From NCBI GenBank assembly GCA_013239625.1, contig MU054212.1, positions 9,472,898 through 9,536,897 of the forward strand: DNA of 64,000 nucleotides. The letters run 5' to 3'. The notes under the pieces are model-generated. The model was not told the origin of the DNA. It did no database searches and saw only the letters and a list, made by a program, of their open reading frames with translations. Made by a program: the position numbers and the translations under genes. Shown piece after piece: positions 28,294 to 42,415 of this stretch; positions within the stretch are counted from its first letter, which is position 1, and each line of letters opens with the position of its first letter. Source of the DNA: Lama guanicoe (Eukaryota).

Positions 28294-29923
28294 AGGGCCG
28301 GGTCAGCTACATAACTTACAAGACCAGTGCAAAATGAAAATCCGTTATTCAAAAGATAGGATGAAATAAATGCAGTTCAAGGCACTAAAATTACAAAACA
28401 TTTTTCTTTAAGAAGAAGAAATGTATAAGACAATGGGTGATACATGAATAATATCATAACCCTATAGATAGCAAAAATATATTTTACATCATAATTTTAT
28501 ATAATACAATAAATAATAATGCTTTATTAATGTGATAACTTGGTTGATTGTAAGATTTTTCTGGTTCACGTTTCTTCAAATTCATTTATTAGATCATCAA
28601 AGTTTATTCTTTTAGCAACTTTATTTTAAGTGATATAATTAAAAGATTAGTTGCTCTTGGCAAACGAAAGATCACACATAAATTTTGGTAATTTTTAATT
28701 TTGAGAAAGAACTTTCTGCTGATGCAACTGACACTGGAACTGTTAAGAATATTTTACAGGCTGTGAAACATTTGGATAGATTTCTGATAAATTTTTTCAA
28801 AATACAAATTTTAGTATATCTAGAGCGATGATTCTTGTGGAACAACTTTACTAAAAAGATTTAACTCTTCATACACATTAGTCTTATGTATGTATATAAA
28901 CTTAAATTTGTGCAGAGCCATTTCAGTGCTTTCTCTGGCGTGTCCTGTAACTTGTAGAGGTCATGCAGGAAACCAAAAGTCACTTAATGATTTGCAGATA
29001 TTTCAAAATGCCTGTTATGCTTTCTATCACTATATCTTCAATTACAAAGAAAAATTAACTTTAAAATTGTATTCCTCATTGATTCATTTGAAGCTGCATA
29101 TGAAAACAGTGTTCTTTTCCATCAAATGCAACAGTCTTTTTATTTTTCTCTTATTTTTATTTTTTTTAATTGAGGTATAGTCAGTTTACAGTGTTGTGTC
29201 CATTTCTGGCATTGTGTCCAATTCTTCAGTCACACATGAACATACACATATTCATTTTCATATTCTTTTTCACCATGAGCTACTACAAGATACTGAATAT
29301 ATTTCCCTGTGCTAACAATCTTTTTATTTAATTTCTACTTCTCAGCCTGTGGATATTTGCTTTGCAATGCTGCAGTTTTTAAAAGCAGAGATTTAAACTC
29401 TTTGAAGAATTCTAGTATCTCTTTGATAGCTTTATTACAATGTCCATGTGTATGCTTTTCTTTTGGAGTAATGTACTGATGTTTATTGCCTAAACACTAG
29501 CGTTCTTATCCCAGTGCTCAGGCCAGAGAGCTAATATTTTTGCATTGGCACTGAGCTCTGGGAAGATAAGCAAGCCAGCCTCCCACCACTGCCGCCGCCA
29601 CCACTGCTGCTTCTGCCACCATCACACCATCACCATCACGAATGTGGGGCCCTGCACCACCCTAGATTGCTTGTGGCATGCGTGTACACACCAGGCAGGC
29701 CAGCCAGCTGTTTGGCATCCATACTGCCCATTGCCCACCGTGCCTGTGTGGCCTGAGCCCACACATCCATGATCAGCGTCATCTCCTCCTGCGCCTTTGT
29801 CCCAGACTTGATTTCTAACACGCAAGGTCAAGGGTACGATCACTAGGAATTTCAAGACAGCAACAATAGAGCATCAAACCAAACGCAGGACCCCGTGCAG
29901 CTACGCAGCTCACGCGTGCCCTG
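28294..29923 (-). mobile_element. hAT (Tip100; Zaphod/MER115-like) DNA transposon relic with transposase remnant
   Basis: Minus strand at ~28685-28795 translates, with a frameshift, to LSEIYPNV/KIFLTVPVSVASAESSFSKLKI, the hAT dimerisation motif. Termini (a)gggccgg..cagctacata and ..gtgccctg. Confidence 0.8.
29146..29313 (-). mobile_element. Truncated L1 3' end inserted into the hAT element
   Basis: Poly-T plus aattgaggtatagtcagtttac. TSD AACA(G/A)TCTTTTTATTT at 29130-29145 and 29314-29329. Confidence 0.82.
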
Positions 29924-30384
29924 CTTGAGGCTTCACGTCATGTCAGTAGAAGTTACTTGACCCCTTGGATGAATGAATGTGGAGGCAGACGTATTTATGT
30001 CTTTGACTTTCGCCCTGGAAATATAAACAGTGGGGCGTGGATGAGGGTGTCATTGACCATAGTTAGTTTCTCAGCCTCTAAACTGCTCCAAGCTTACACT
30101 TTGATAAAAATGCTGGACATTGAGACAGTCCTTCTTTAGAGGGAACTTGTCACATTCAGATGAGGGTTCTTTTTCCCAAGATGCTAGAGAAAGTAGGAGG
30201 TTTTGAGTACTTATAACATGTTAATTTATACCAAACCATTGCTTTAATCCTGACAGGAGTTCTGTTGGTCCCTTACAACATGACAAACTGAACTGAGAGA
30301 CTGAATAACTTTCCCGAGATCACACAGCTTGCAAACGGTGAGAGATTTAAATCAAGTCTGTCTCACTGTGAAGACTTGAGAGGC

Positions 30385-30645
30385 AATTTTAGTGCCCTGT
30401 GTAGGAGCCCTGGAAGCAAACGGCCTGGGTTCAAATCCTCACTCCGCCGTGTGACAACTTCGCGTTAGATGGGTTACCTCCCCTAGCCTTGGCTTCCTCA
30501 CGTGTATCACGGGCATCGGAGGGGTTACCTACCCCGTAGGGTTGAGTGGAGGGTCAAACAAGGGAGAAAGACCTGTAAAGCATTGAGAACAGCCTGACAC
30601 TTAGGAAGCCTGCAATAAATGTTACTACTCATTTTATTACTGCTA
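30385..30645 (+). mobile_element. MIR
   Basis: cctgggttcaaatcctcactccgcc..gtaaagcattgagaacagcctgacac. Confidence 0.7.
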
Positions 30646-30856
30646 TCATGATTATTTTGCCCACTCCACAGTCTCTCCTCACAGGTTAGAAAAGAATGTT
30701 AGTAGTCAGCAGAAGAGAAGAGCTTACAGACAGACAGCCCCTCTGGTGTCTGCCGTCCCTGAAGTTCCCCTAGAAGGAAGACCCTCTTACGTGATGTGAT
30801 CTGGGATCTGATTCTTGCCCAGGGCAGCCCATCTCTGTGGGCTTTTTGGATTCTAA

Positions 30857-31114
<258 letters not shown>

Positions 31115-31937
31115 CACTGAAGCGCACGCTGCAGAATGTCCTTCAGAAATGAGTGGGTGTTTTTATATACTGATCTAGGATTTTAAATTATTTGACTGCA
31201 ATATAATCGTGTCTCTCCTTTCACAGGGGCCTGTCTCACTACCACCCTGTTTAGTATTGAATATAGAAACCATTCTAACAACCCAGGGTGTTTCTGATCA
31301 GACCAGTCAGTAGGTAACAGCACATTAAGGGGGATGTGGGGTGGGGGGCAGTATCTTTTCTATGCCAAGCAGAATGGAGAAAATGACCATAGGACACTTT
31401 CTGCCTGGCAGAGGCCATGGCATACTCAGCTTTTTCTTCTCAATATTTTGCTGGAAAAGATTGGCTCTGTTTTCTACACAAGGAAAGCCATTCCACTGCC
31501 AGAGCCCTCTGATTTAAATACAGCCCCGTGTCACACAAGCAGTCTCAGAGATAGCCCCTTTTATCTCTCACCCTGTTTCCCTACCACCTTCCTCATCTGA
31601 GTGTACTCTTTTAATTCTGAAGTTGGAGTCGGTGCCCTTCCTTCCCAGGCATCGCTGAGGACCACTTGTGAGTCAGTCTTAGTAGTCATCAGCCTGGCAC
31701 ACCCCATAATGGAAAGGGCTTAATGAGCTACAGGGAGGGACCCATTTGGAGGGACCCACTCAACCCTTGGAAACGAGCCTTAAAATTACACAAGAGAGTG
31801 CTGCCCTATGGAGGCACAAGCCTGAAATGCTTTTCCTGCTGCCCGCCATTTCCCAGGGTAAATAAGAGCAATCTCTCAGTATTTTTCCCTGACCCAGTGT
31901 CTGTTTATTACCCGGCTGAACTCCCCATGGTGGGAGA

Positions 31938-31953
31938 TGCCACTAGAGGGCGG
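31938..31953 (+). promoter_or_regulatory. Candidate CTCF site TGCCACTAGAGGGCGG
   Basis: Close match to the CTCF core. Confidence 0.5.
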
Positions 31954-34624
31954 GTGGCGTCAGCTGGCCTCCCCTCCCACCCTGTGGGTTGGCCAGGCCT
32001 TGCCTGTGCTCTGCTCAAAGTCGCCATCCCATGGCCCCAGAGAACCATCTCCACTTCCCAGATTATGTTCCACCACCCCAAGCAGGGTCTCCCCCGCTCT
32101 CCCACTGGGCCTTGTGGCGAAGGCTTGTGGAAAAAGTACCCTTGAAAGCTCATTTTCTCTCTGCTCTGCTATTCCGCAAAGCTCTTGAGATGGGTCCTTC
32201 AGCTTCAGTGGGCTCTAGTGGCCTCTCAAGCTGATGGGCAGTGTGACGAGCCCAGGAAAGCCAGTGATCCCAGTCATTAGAAGCAAGGGGGAGACGTGTA
32301 TTACTTTCATGACTTTATTTGATGCAGAGAGCTGCTTTTTTTTCTCTCTCCCTTTCACCAACCCCCGGCTCGAATGAGACCAGGGCTGTCAGTCATTATT
32401 GTTAGCCGAGGTCAGACCATCGCAATGTGGGCTGCACTTCGTCAGACTGCTTCCCTGAAGTCTTTATCAAAACTAGATTGTTTCAGCCTACAAACACTTC
32501 TGAGCAGCTTCCTCGTCTGGATAGATCCAAATCTCATTGTCTCTTCAGGCTGAAGCCCTGTCACCTCCACCCAACCTTCCTTCTCTTGGGTCTTCTTTGT
32601 TCTTTGGAGGAGAGAATATAGCTTCCCGATGCCTTATTCTTAATCTGAGCTGAATGTAAGATCAGGACGAACTAGTTGCCGTCATTCAGTTGAAAAGTTC
32701 AGAATCATTGCAGATTACAGTTTCCTTTTAGAGTTCACCCCTATATGAGTCACTGAATCAGTTTCATCCCATTTCAGAAGCCTTTGGAAAATAGAGCTTT
32801 CTTTGGTCTGGAAAAAAATGGGTGGGAACAAACTGAGACCCCTTGACTATTTCCTGAGCCAAAGTTAGTTTTCCAGAACCATCCTTTCCTTGGCCCATGT
32901 GTCGTGACCTCCTTAAATACACCCAGCTGTCTTGGGTCATCCGTAACAGACACACTCCCATTCTGGACACCAGCATCCTTACTGCTCTCTGGAGTAAGAG
33001 GAGGCCAGAAGGACCCAGAAAGGGGTTGTAATTTCTTCAAGAAGCTTGTTTGCCTTTAGAAGAATCAACAGGATCTAAACTAGAGGTTTTGGGGGAGGGG
33101 GAGTCCCACAGGATGGAGTTTAAGTGCCTCTTTGCCTCTCCTGAGTGAGCAATTTGGAAGAGCAAAGATGGATTTTCAGCAGAGCATCAATCAACCTCTT
33201 TTTCATGTGCCACATTCCCCCTATGAGTCACCTTTCTCTATCCTGTAGGCATTTCCTGGGGTTCAGAGCTATAGGATGTGAGTTTGTGTCTAGTGTAATG
33301 TCTTATTGTGAATTGAACAGGATATGTTAACATTTTAATTTGTGTCTCGCTTTGAGAAGTTGTAGAGCCTCAAGGCTCTTGTAGAGCCTGGAGGCTTAAC
33401 CTAATTGCGAACTAACCTACCAGGGAGAGGGTCTGGCGCACATAGGAATCTTCTTTTCCTTCCCGTTACGCACTCCCATCCGTGACTGGCAGGGATGCGC
33501 GCGCCCCGTCTCCAGCCATTTCCCCAAAGCGAGACTGGGCACATACTGGGGGTGCTGCCAACAGCGTACCACCTTGCCCGCCTGGCTTCCCACCATTCTG
33601 TGCAAGGAAAGCCAATGAATGTTTGCCAAATGGGAAAGGACAAAGTGCTCATTGCAGCTGTTTAAGTAGGGCCCTCAGTGCTTGATTTTAAAAACCACAG
33701 TTAATCAAGGAAGAGCTTTCACTGACAGTCATCCTTCCAGGAGGCATTCTCGTGTTTTTCCAGACCTGACCTCCATGGTGGGGACTTACCTCTTACACCC
33801 CGAATGTCATGGGGAGGGAGGGGCTCTCTCCTCCTCCAGAGCCACCCCCTTCACTTGGCACTGCTTCTGGCATCATTGTTCATATAAGAGATTTGCTGGT
33901 CAGAGACTCTGGGGATGGGGGCAGGCTTAAAGGGGCAGAGCTGCATGAAGTCTGCATCACGGGGGAGGTCAAGGCTATGGCAGACTCCCCCAGCTCACGC
34001 TTTATCCCCTCGTGAGTGTGTTATTTTTAATGTGGGCAGATGTTTGTATCCATATGAGGCTGTATGGTAATGAGTTACCTCATGGCTATCTTCCCCATGT
34101 GCTCTTGCTGTTGAACTGTTCCGTGAACATCCCTCATCAGATCAGTGGAGCATAGCTTGAAAGCACCAGCAGATCCTGGGGTTATCAAAATGTTATTTCT
34201 CTGAGTACTTGTTAAAACAACAGGAGCTTGTGGTCCATTGAAAGAAAGGAAACAGTTTGCCACATCCTGTAGGTTTTCCAGGCTGACTCCAGCTCACTCC
34301 TGTCCCGTGAACACCAAGCCTCCTCTAGACTGTGCGGTTACCAGAATGGAAGTTTCAGTCTCTGCGCATCGCTGAGTCCCTCCTACCTGCCTGTTCCCAA
34401 AGCTGCTCAGCAAAGAAATATCTCGGCACTTTGACCACGGGAAAAATCGGCCTGCCTAGTTGGCTTTAGGTGCTGGGAAAATGTTGGTGAGGCCTTGAGG
34501 TCCTGAAATGTCCAGTTCTGAGATCACACCTGTGGATGCAACCAAAACAGCCAGAGACCCTATCCTGCCCACTGCTCCCCCAGCCAGCCTGGCACCCACC
34601 CCTGAACAAGGCGGTTTTGCAGCT

Positions 34625-34641
34625 GCTGCCCCCTAGAGGCA
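34625..34641 (-). promoter_or_regulatory. Candidate CTCF site TGCCTCTAGGGGGCAGC
   Basis: Close match to the CTCF core on the minus strand. Confidence 0.5.
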
Positions 34642-37279
34642 GAGGTGGCAAGAGCAAAATCATCACTCAGCTGGCTCCCAAGCTGAAAATGAACTAAGTC
34701 AAAGTTTGCCTTGGTAAGATTACCCTTGAATCTAGGAACAGAGCTAGAGATGAGTAGGGTGAGAGTGACACCCCTGTCCTCAGAGGAAGAATGACCTGGC
34801 AGCTAGAGTGCCAGTTTCATAAATCAATAACGTTACCCAGTTTCTCAGAGTTGCCGTTCAAGGTGGGTTGTTCCTGAGCCCCTCCGGTTCCATTGTTCCC
34901 TTCAGGAGTGGACCCTTCTCCCGTCTCAGGCTTCAGAGCTCTTCCACCTCCCTGTCCGCCTCCCACACACACACCTAGGAAATGCTCGAGGCCTTTCTGC
35001 CTCCACTCCTCCTCCCTGCCACCTTCCAGGGCACACTCTGTGGCTGGATTGGACCGCAGACCCATATGGTCCATCACTTTCATTTTACAGATAAAGGAAG
35101 TTCTGAGATCAGTGAGCGTTCCCATCCCGTCAGGGCCAGGTCTTGCTGCCAAGCTGGTACCCTCCCCACTGCAGTACATCATTACCTTCCTTGACCTGGT
35201 GTTCGAAGATGAACATTTTTAAGAATCTCAACTAGGACTGAACATTCCACCACCATCTCTTAGAAGTGAGCTCTCACAGGCCACTTGGGCCAAGGTGAGC
35301 AAAACCGGAGCATGTCCATTTACAGGGGGTTTTTAGGTCCGTAACCCTCAGAGTGAGTGCACCGTCTGGAACATCTTTCTGTTCATAGAGGTGGAGGCCA
35401 TGGGAAGACTGTCTACAGAAACATCCCTGGAAGCAGAGAACTCTCCCCAGGTAGCATGATGGATGTCACTGTCTTCTCTAAATAATAAAGACTGTTACAG
35501 CCCATTAAGACTTCTTCCAAAAAGACCGTGGCCAAAATGGGGTGAGCGCCGCCCTCAGTTGGGTGGAGGGGGTGGTAGGTGTACTAGTAAAATCAGTAGG
35601 AATGACCTGTGTCATCTGTTGCCAGCGGGGCAACCAGCTGCTTGTCCACGATCTGCCAAAACCTGAGGCTTGTCTTCATCAGTGCTCCTGGCCAGCTGAG
35701 TGCCTCCCCTGGGCCCAGCATTGTGGTAGATGTTAGAAGTGCTAACAAGCCGCAGAACTAAGGAGACCTTGCACCAATCTCAGTTACACTGCTTCCTGGC
35801 GGAAAAATCTTAGGCAATATGTTAACCACACCGAACCTAAGTTTCTTAATCTGTAAAATGGGGATGGTAATGCATCCCTCATAGGATGGCTGCAAGGGCG
35901 AAATTCAATGAGATGATGTACGTGAAGGGCCTAGGAGGAGTAATCTGACACAAAGTGTTCCGCGCATGGTCACTATCGTTCCCATCGTTTATTTCTCAGT
36001 GACCTTGCAGACTAGATAGAAGACAAAGCTTCATACGTTGAAGTTGTTACCAGTAATAAAACAAGAGCTGTGACAGTACATTTCCCAGTGACTGGTAGGA
36101 AGCTGTAAACCCTATGGTTTCCGATAGCAAATTGCTGGGCTGAGTTACCTTAGGATTTGTGGGAGGAGGAGGAGAAAAAGAAGGACAGATTTGACCCCGG
36201 CTTTGGAAGAGGATCTAAGATAGATGGAGAGTGGGGAGAGACTTGGGCATGGGACGCTGAGCGTTCATTGGCAAAAAAATACTCAAGATGTGTTTTGAAG
36301 GAATGGTGAGGTCACGGCTCACAGGTGAGATACTGGAAAAGAAGGCATGGACGTAAGCAGCGAGAAATATGCTGGGCCCAAATTGTAAAGGATGTTCAGT
36401 GTCAGACAATGGAATTTCATCCTTCAGTGACAAAAAGCCATAAACTATTTTGGAATTACTTACTTAGAAATATCTACCATGTAGGAGTGTCAGGCTCTCT
36501 TAGAAGGAAACTGTCATCTCCTGGGTGCCTTCTAAGTGTTGAGCAAGGTCTGTAGATGTCTTATGTAATCCACACAGCAACCCTAGAATGTAGGTGGTGG
36601 TATCGCCATGTTACAGGTAGGGAAACCCATCTTGGAGAGATTGGGTGCTGTGCTCAGCCCCTGAGTGGTGGAGCGGGTCAGTGGAGTGGTGGCCTGGGAG
36701 ACCAGAGCTGTCTAGTTCCACAGCTGTGTTCTTCCTACCATACAAGTCTTCCTCTCGCCCAGGCAGGTGGCACTTTTGACAGAGTCACCCACTGTTACGA
36801 AGTTAATGCCACCGGCCAGGGGAGATGTTGGGAGATTGTCACCCCCCACCCACAGGACTGGACAGAAGGGTGTGGATTTGATACGCTGCTACCAACAGGC
36901 TTCCTAATTCCTGCCCCCAAGTCTGGGCCTTGTGATGACCCCCACGAGAGGAGAGTTGGGGGCTGCAGATCAGACACCCAAGGATCCACATCACATGCCC
37001 AGGACTGAGTGGGAAAGAGAGACCTCAGAGGTAGCACTTAGATCCACCTTGCTCAGTTGAGAATGGGCACCAAAGGAAGGCAGATTGCCACATGGTGAAA
37101 AGATAAATAACAGGGCATCCAAGAGGGAGTGATGAGCAAGGGCTGGGGAAAGAAGTCAGAAATCGTGGAAACACTAGGCAGGAGAGTGGATAAGGTGCTG
37201 AACCCCAGCAGTGGCAAGGGCAGGAGTGAAGGGAGGGATCTGAAAGGAAAGTAAGAAGTGTCTGTGAACCCTCGTACCC

Positions 37280-37915
37280 TGCTGGTGACGATGCAGAATG
37301 GTACACCTGCCTTGGAGAACAGTCTGGCAGTTCCTCAAAAAGCTAAACATAAAATTACCTTATGACCAGCAATTTCACTCCTAGAGATAAACCCAAGAGA
37401 AATAAAAACATGTCCACATAAAACTTTTTGCATAGACAGTCACAGCAGCCTTATTCATCATAACCAAAAGGAGAAACCACCCAAATGTCTATCAGCTGAT
37501 TAATGGACAAAATAAATGCGGTATACAGACACAATGGAATATTATTTGGCAGCAAAAAGGAGTGAAGTACATTCTCCAGCATTAATGATCCTTGAAGGCA
37601 TTCTGCTAAGTGAAAGAAGCCAGTCACAAAGACCACAGAGTGTGACTTCATTTATATGAAATGTCCAGACAGGCAAATCTGCAGGGACAGAAAGTCTATC
37701 AGTGGTTGCCGAGGGCAAGGGGGAACAGGGGTAATGGAGAGTGACTGCTAAAAGAGTGTGGGGTTTCTCTTTGGGGTGATGAAAATGTTCTGAAAGTTGA
37801 TTGCGGTGATGGTTGCGTAACTGCGAATATACTAAAAACCACTCAACTGGACCCCTTAGATTGGTACATTGTACAGTATGAGAATTAGATCTCATAAAGC
37901 TATTACAAAAAATGA
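37280..37915 (+). mobile_element. L1 3' end (L1MB-like)
   Basis: gctggtgacgatgcagaatggtac..gaaagaagccagtcacaaagaccacag..ggtgatgaaaatgttctgaaa. Confidence 0.85.
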
Positions 37916-40900
37916 AGTGTCCGTGGGGGTTGGTTGCTGGCTGGCCAAGGGGTGCTGGAAAGTCAAAAGCAAAAACTCTGACTCTAAACAGGGCTTGGGT
38001 GGAAGGGGAGGGTGAGTCCAAGACCGCTCATCTTAGAAATGTGCCTGTGGACGGAAGGAGAGACCAGGATGGTGGATGGGAGAGAAAGCTGGGACTAGCT
38101 GCAGGGCACTCTTCCAAGTCAGTGTCCTCCTCTTGACTAAAGCCCCTCGATTCCCAGCTGGTTCCCACTGGCGTTACCAATAATCCATGAGCAGTTTTCA
38201 TTATTTCAGAAAGACTAATGTAAAGCTTGTACGTCTGTGGAGAAAAGCCACACAGGCCAACTGTCATGCCACTTCTTTATGAACTGGAAGTGACTACGTC
38301 AAGCTGTGACAGCCTTGGCTCTTGTGGGGGGCCATCTCTGATTCGTTGGCGCAGCTACATGCCCAGCACATTCATCTGTGTTTAAAAATGGGCAGATAAC
38401 TCTCTACATGCATTTCAGTAGACAGATTGTTCCCCGCTGCGGGATGCATGGGGGTGTCATCAAGAGAGCCATTTGGAGGTGCAAAAACGGGACTGCTCTT
38501 AACAAGCAAACGAGAGAACAAAGCTACGGATAGGAAGCAGTTGAGACGGGGGACAAAAATAACGTCATTGCAGGGTGATGACGCAGGAGTGACAGGTGAG
38601 CCAGGAAGGAAGGATGGAAACCAGACGCTGTACCGGGAAGGGAGGGATAAATACAGAACATCAGGCATGTGCCAGTGGGTACCAGGAAAACACCAAAAAC
38701 TCCCGAAGGACTTACTGTGCGCCAGACCCGAGCTGAACCCTGTGTGTCTTATTCAATCCTTATGAATTTCATACTTTAAAAAAGTCATTTCATTATGTGG
38801 GGTTTTCTCATAAGGGACCTCAAATCCTTTATGGAATGAGGCTAGGTGCAGATCTGTGAACACCTAAAGTTTGAGGGTGATGTCTTTGGCACCAATGATG
38901 AAAATGAGGCTTAACAAGACTTAACCAAGGTCATCGGCTAGTAAGGAATCAAATTCAAACTTGGAAATTGGGGAGTGGGAGGGTCATTTTTCACTTCTGC
39001 TCTCCTTCCTCCAATCTCCAAGTTGTACCAAGTTCCCCAGCTTCTCAGCCTGCCCACTTCTCCCTCTCTTCGCTGTTGCCTCTCTGGTACAACGCTCTCT
39101 TCATCGGTCTTCCTGCTGGGCGGCCTGGATTTGTCCTTGAATACGTGACTTCACGTCTGCCTCACTCTCATCTTTAAATGGGGATCCCCAAAGACCTTGT
39201 CTCAAGGGGTTATTGTTAAATGACCCAGTGCATGGAGAGTGCTCAGCAGACAACAAGGCAGCACTCAGCAAGGGTGACCTGATACCACTGTTATCCAGGA
39301 AGCTCCCGGGGTCCTCGTCATGTCACACCCTGCTTAGCGTGTTAGTTTCCTATTGCCCTTACAAGAGAGCTGGACTTTTGAGCATCACGCACAAGGCTCT
39401 TCATGATTTGACCCACTGCAGTCCGTAGACCTCCAGCCCCTTTTCCCACTCTTTCTTTCTCTTGACTTCCCTGCTGCAACCACTGTGAACTTCCCTTAGT
39501 TCCTGAAGGCGCTGAAATGTGTTTCCTGACTTTCTTCTGATCTCTCTTAGGCCTTTGTACATCCTTAATGACAATACTCACCGCGCTAGATTGCCCATGT
39601 ATCTGATTCCTCCTCTGGACTCTAGGCCCCAGGATGGCCAGACTAAGATGTCAGTCCTATCACTCACTCCCCAGAACTTAGCATGGTCCCTGGCACGTTG
39701 GAGGCTCTCAGTTTTATTTATCAGATAGATGAACAGATAAGGTGCAGGGGAGGACGGGAGGGAGAGAGGGAAGAAACGAAATAGATCCGTGTTTGCAAAG
39801 TCTAGCACACTCTGCACTAACCAGGCTGCTGGCAGCTCTCCCACGAGGAGAGAGGACTCAGGGACAGTGGGCTTGGGACGCCTGCACGACATCCCCACAC
39901 TGACGAGCATTTTCTTTCCAAAACAAATCTGAGACTGTAACTTCCCTGTTAAAATCCAAAGGGCTCTGCCGTGCTCGCAGGGCAAGGAGCACACCCCTGA
40001 GGCGGACACCCAGGCTCTGACCCCACCTCCCCTCCCCTCCCCTCCCTCCATTCTCCGCTCTTCTCCCCACTCACAGCCTCTGACCGGCTCCCAAAGACCC
40101 ACTGCTCTTTCCCGCCTGGGTGACTTTTCCAGGCCCTTCCCTTTGGGGTGTATCTTTCCAGACCCAGCTCCGCTGTCACTGCTGCCATGGAATGCTGACC
40201 TCGCCCTGGAAACCAGCCCAGAGGAGACCCCGAATGATGAGGCCAACGTGTCCGTGAGAGCAGGGCGGGCAGGCTGTCCTATGGAGCCACAGGGGGCTCT
40301 GAGAGGGGGCTGCTTGGAAGAGGAGGAACCAGAAGGTCCAGGAGTAAAGAGCAGGGTGGAATCTGCGAGAAGGAGGAGAGGCGACTGGCTGGAAGACCAG
40401 GCCGGGTGTGCTATCTGGACAGGGCATCTCCCGCCCCCTCCTCAGCAGTCCGCAGCTGGCGGCCTTGGCTGGCAACTTGCTGGCACCAGCACCCAGACCG
40501 CGGCCCCCGGCCTGACCACTGTCCGGCAGTTGTAAACTGTGCTTTTCCCTCCCTGCGTCCTCCTCGTCCCTACACTTCAGCTGCTGAGCTGAGGGAGCCG
40601 GAGGAAGGGGAAGTTGGCTCTCCAGCCTCTTGCCGCGGCCAGTTGAGATAGGATGGACTCCAGCCCCAGCGTGTGGGCTTCTCCTCGCGGCTGACAGTGA
40701 TTTAGGCATGTAGGATTTATATAACACCGAGGCTCGGTAAACTGTGTAAATTTGCTCTGTTTTCCAGGGACAGTTATTTATGGAGGGGCATTTTTAACTC
40801 AAGTGCAGAAGTATTAAATCATTATAATAAATTCATGCTATTCAGACTTTCTTACATTGTAATAAATTTTTTCTCAACATGAATGAGGAGCTCCATGCTT

Positions 40901-42415
40901 GCTCTAATATACCATTATGTATTTCTTCTCAAAATGACACAGCTTACTATATCAACTTGGAGAATAATAGGAGATTTACTGTGTTGGAGAAAAAAAAAGA
41001 AAAGTTGAGTAGCAGTGAGTCTGAGAAGGGACTTGGGAGCGTGACCCCCAAGCAGAACTTCTCCCAGCCTCTCTGCTTGCTTCTTACCCGACGGGAGGGG
41101 CAGCACGTGCAACCACAGCGGGGGCGCCTCCCTGAAATCTTCCAGCTGAGCCTTTGAACAGAGAAATGCAGCCAGGGACTCCAGTGGCCTTCTGGCCTGG
41201 CCTGGCCTGGCCAGGGGCAGGTGTTGGAGGGGAGCTCCATCAGAAATGAAAACTCTCTCTCCCCACAATGTGAAATCCCTTCCAAAAGCATCAGTCTGGG
41301 CAGAGAGCTGACCTGTGGACGGTCTCTCAGCACCTGTTTCTCACCTCACTCCTCACCTGGGTGCTCACCTGGACCAGAGGATTCATAGCTCTCATCAGAT
41401 TCTCAAAGGAATCTGTAATCCAAAAAATTCGGAAACCACTGGTCTTCAGGAAACTCTGAAGCATCTTTGGACTGTGCACTGTGTAGTAGACAAAGTCCAT
41501 TGGGGTGGTTCCCGGCCTCCAGCCGCACACAGAAACTATGTCGAGCTGCAATTAGCGCCCAGAGGTCGGTGCAGCCAGAGGCCTGAGCAGCGGCCCCTGG
41601 GAGGGGGACTTCAATCAGAATCTCCCAGAAGATAAGATATTGTTGCTATGCAAAAGCAGAGAAGGAAGGAAGGGTGCTCCGAGCAGAGGACAGTGTGTCA
41701 AAGACACAGAGACAGGGACCCCAAGTGAGTGAGCTCACGGACAGTCGTGAATGCCAAGCCTGGTGTTTAAACCGGAGGAGCAGCAGGGCCCAGCGGGAGA
41801 AGACCTGCTTAGATGCCAGTACTCGGCAACAGTTTCCAGTCTACCTAGTGCTCCGTCAGAGGCTGAAGTTCAAGTCCTTGTTCTGCCACTGTAGCTGCGT
41901 GACATTGCACAGTTCCCTTCACCAGTGCAAGCTCAGTGCCTCTTTCTGCAACATGTAGACAGTGCACACGTGCACACCTGACTCAGTCTTCGTTGGGGTG
42001 CAGCAAAAGGATGCTCAGACATCTGCTGGGTAAACAACTTCGAAGCACTTTATCCACATCAGGTGCTTTCATCATTTATCTGAAGGCTGCCAAGGGGCAG
42101 CGGGCCCCTCCGAAGCATGGAAAACTGGGGATTCCATGACAGCCAGGCAGGCTAGGCCGGCCAGCTCCCTACCATCACCACCTCAGGCAGTGCTCCCAGC
42201 CCCATTCTTGCACACCTGCCCCAGTTTCAGAATGCTGTTTACCTCCATCTCTCCCACCAGCCTGGGCTGCCTTCCTGATCACCCCATGCCCTGTGCAGAG
42301 TCCTGGCTACCTCTGCCTCAACAGCCCTGAGTCTCCAGACCCCGGCCCTGAGGACAGTCCGAAGCAGACAGTCAAGAGCTGTCCCAGAGTGGGGACTCTG
42401 GAGTGGTGGTCCGCC

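Larger units (their letters stand above)
31115..35510 (+). other. KIAA1328: Putative KIAA1328 3'UTR (end uncertain)
   Basis: Follows the stop codon. First canonical AATAAA I found is at 35484-35489, the next at 35995-36000. A non-canonical earlier signal cannot be excluded. Confidence 0.35.

Noticed and set aside
30235..30645. Oppositely oriented MIR pair as a possible hairpin near the KIAA1328 acceptor
   Set aside because: The copies are too diverged to show convincing pairing.
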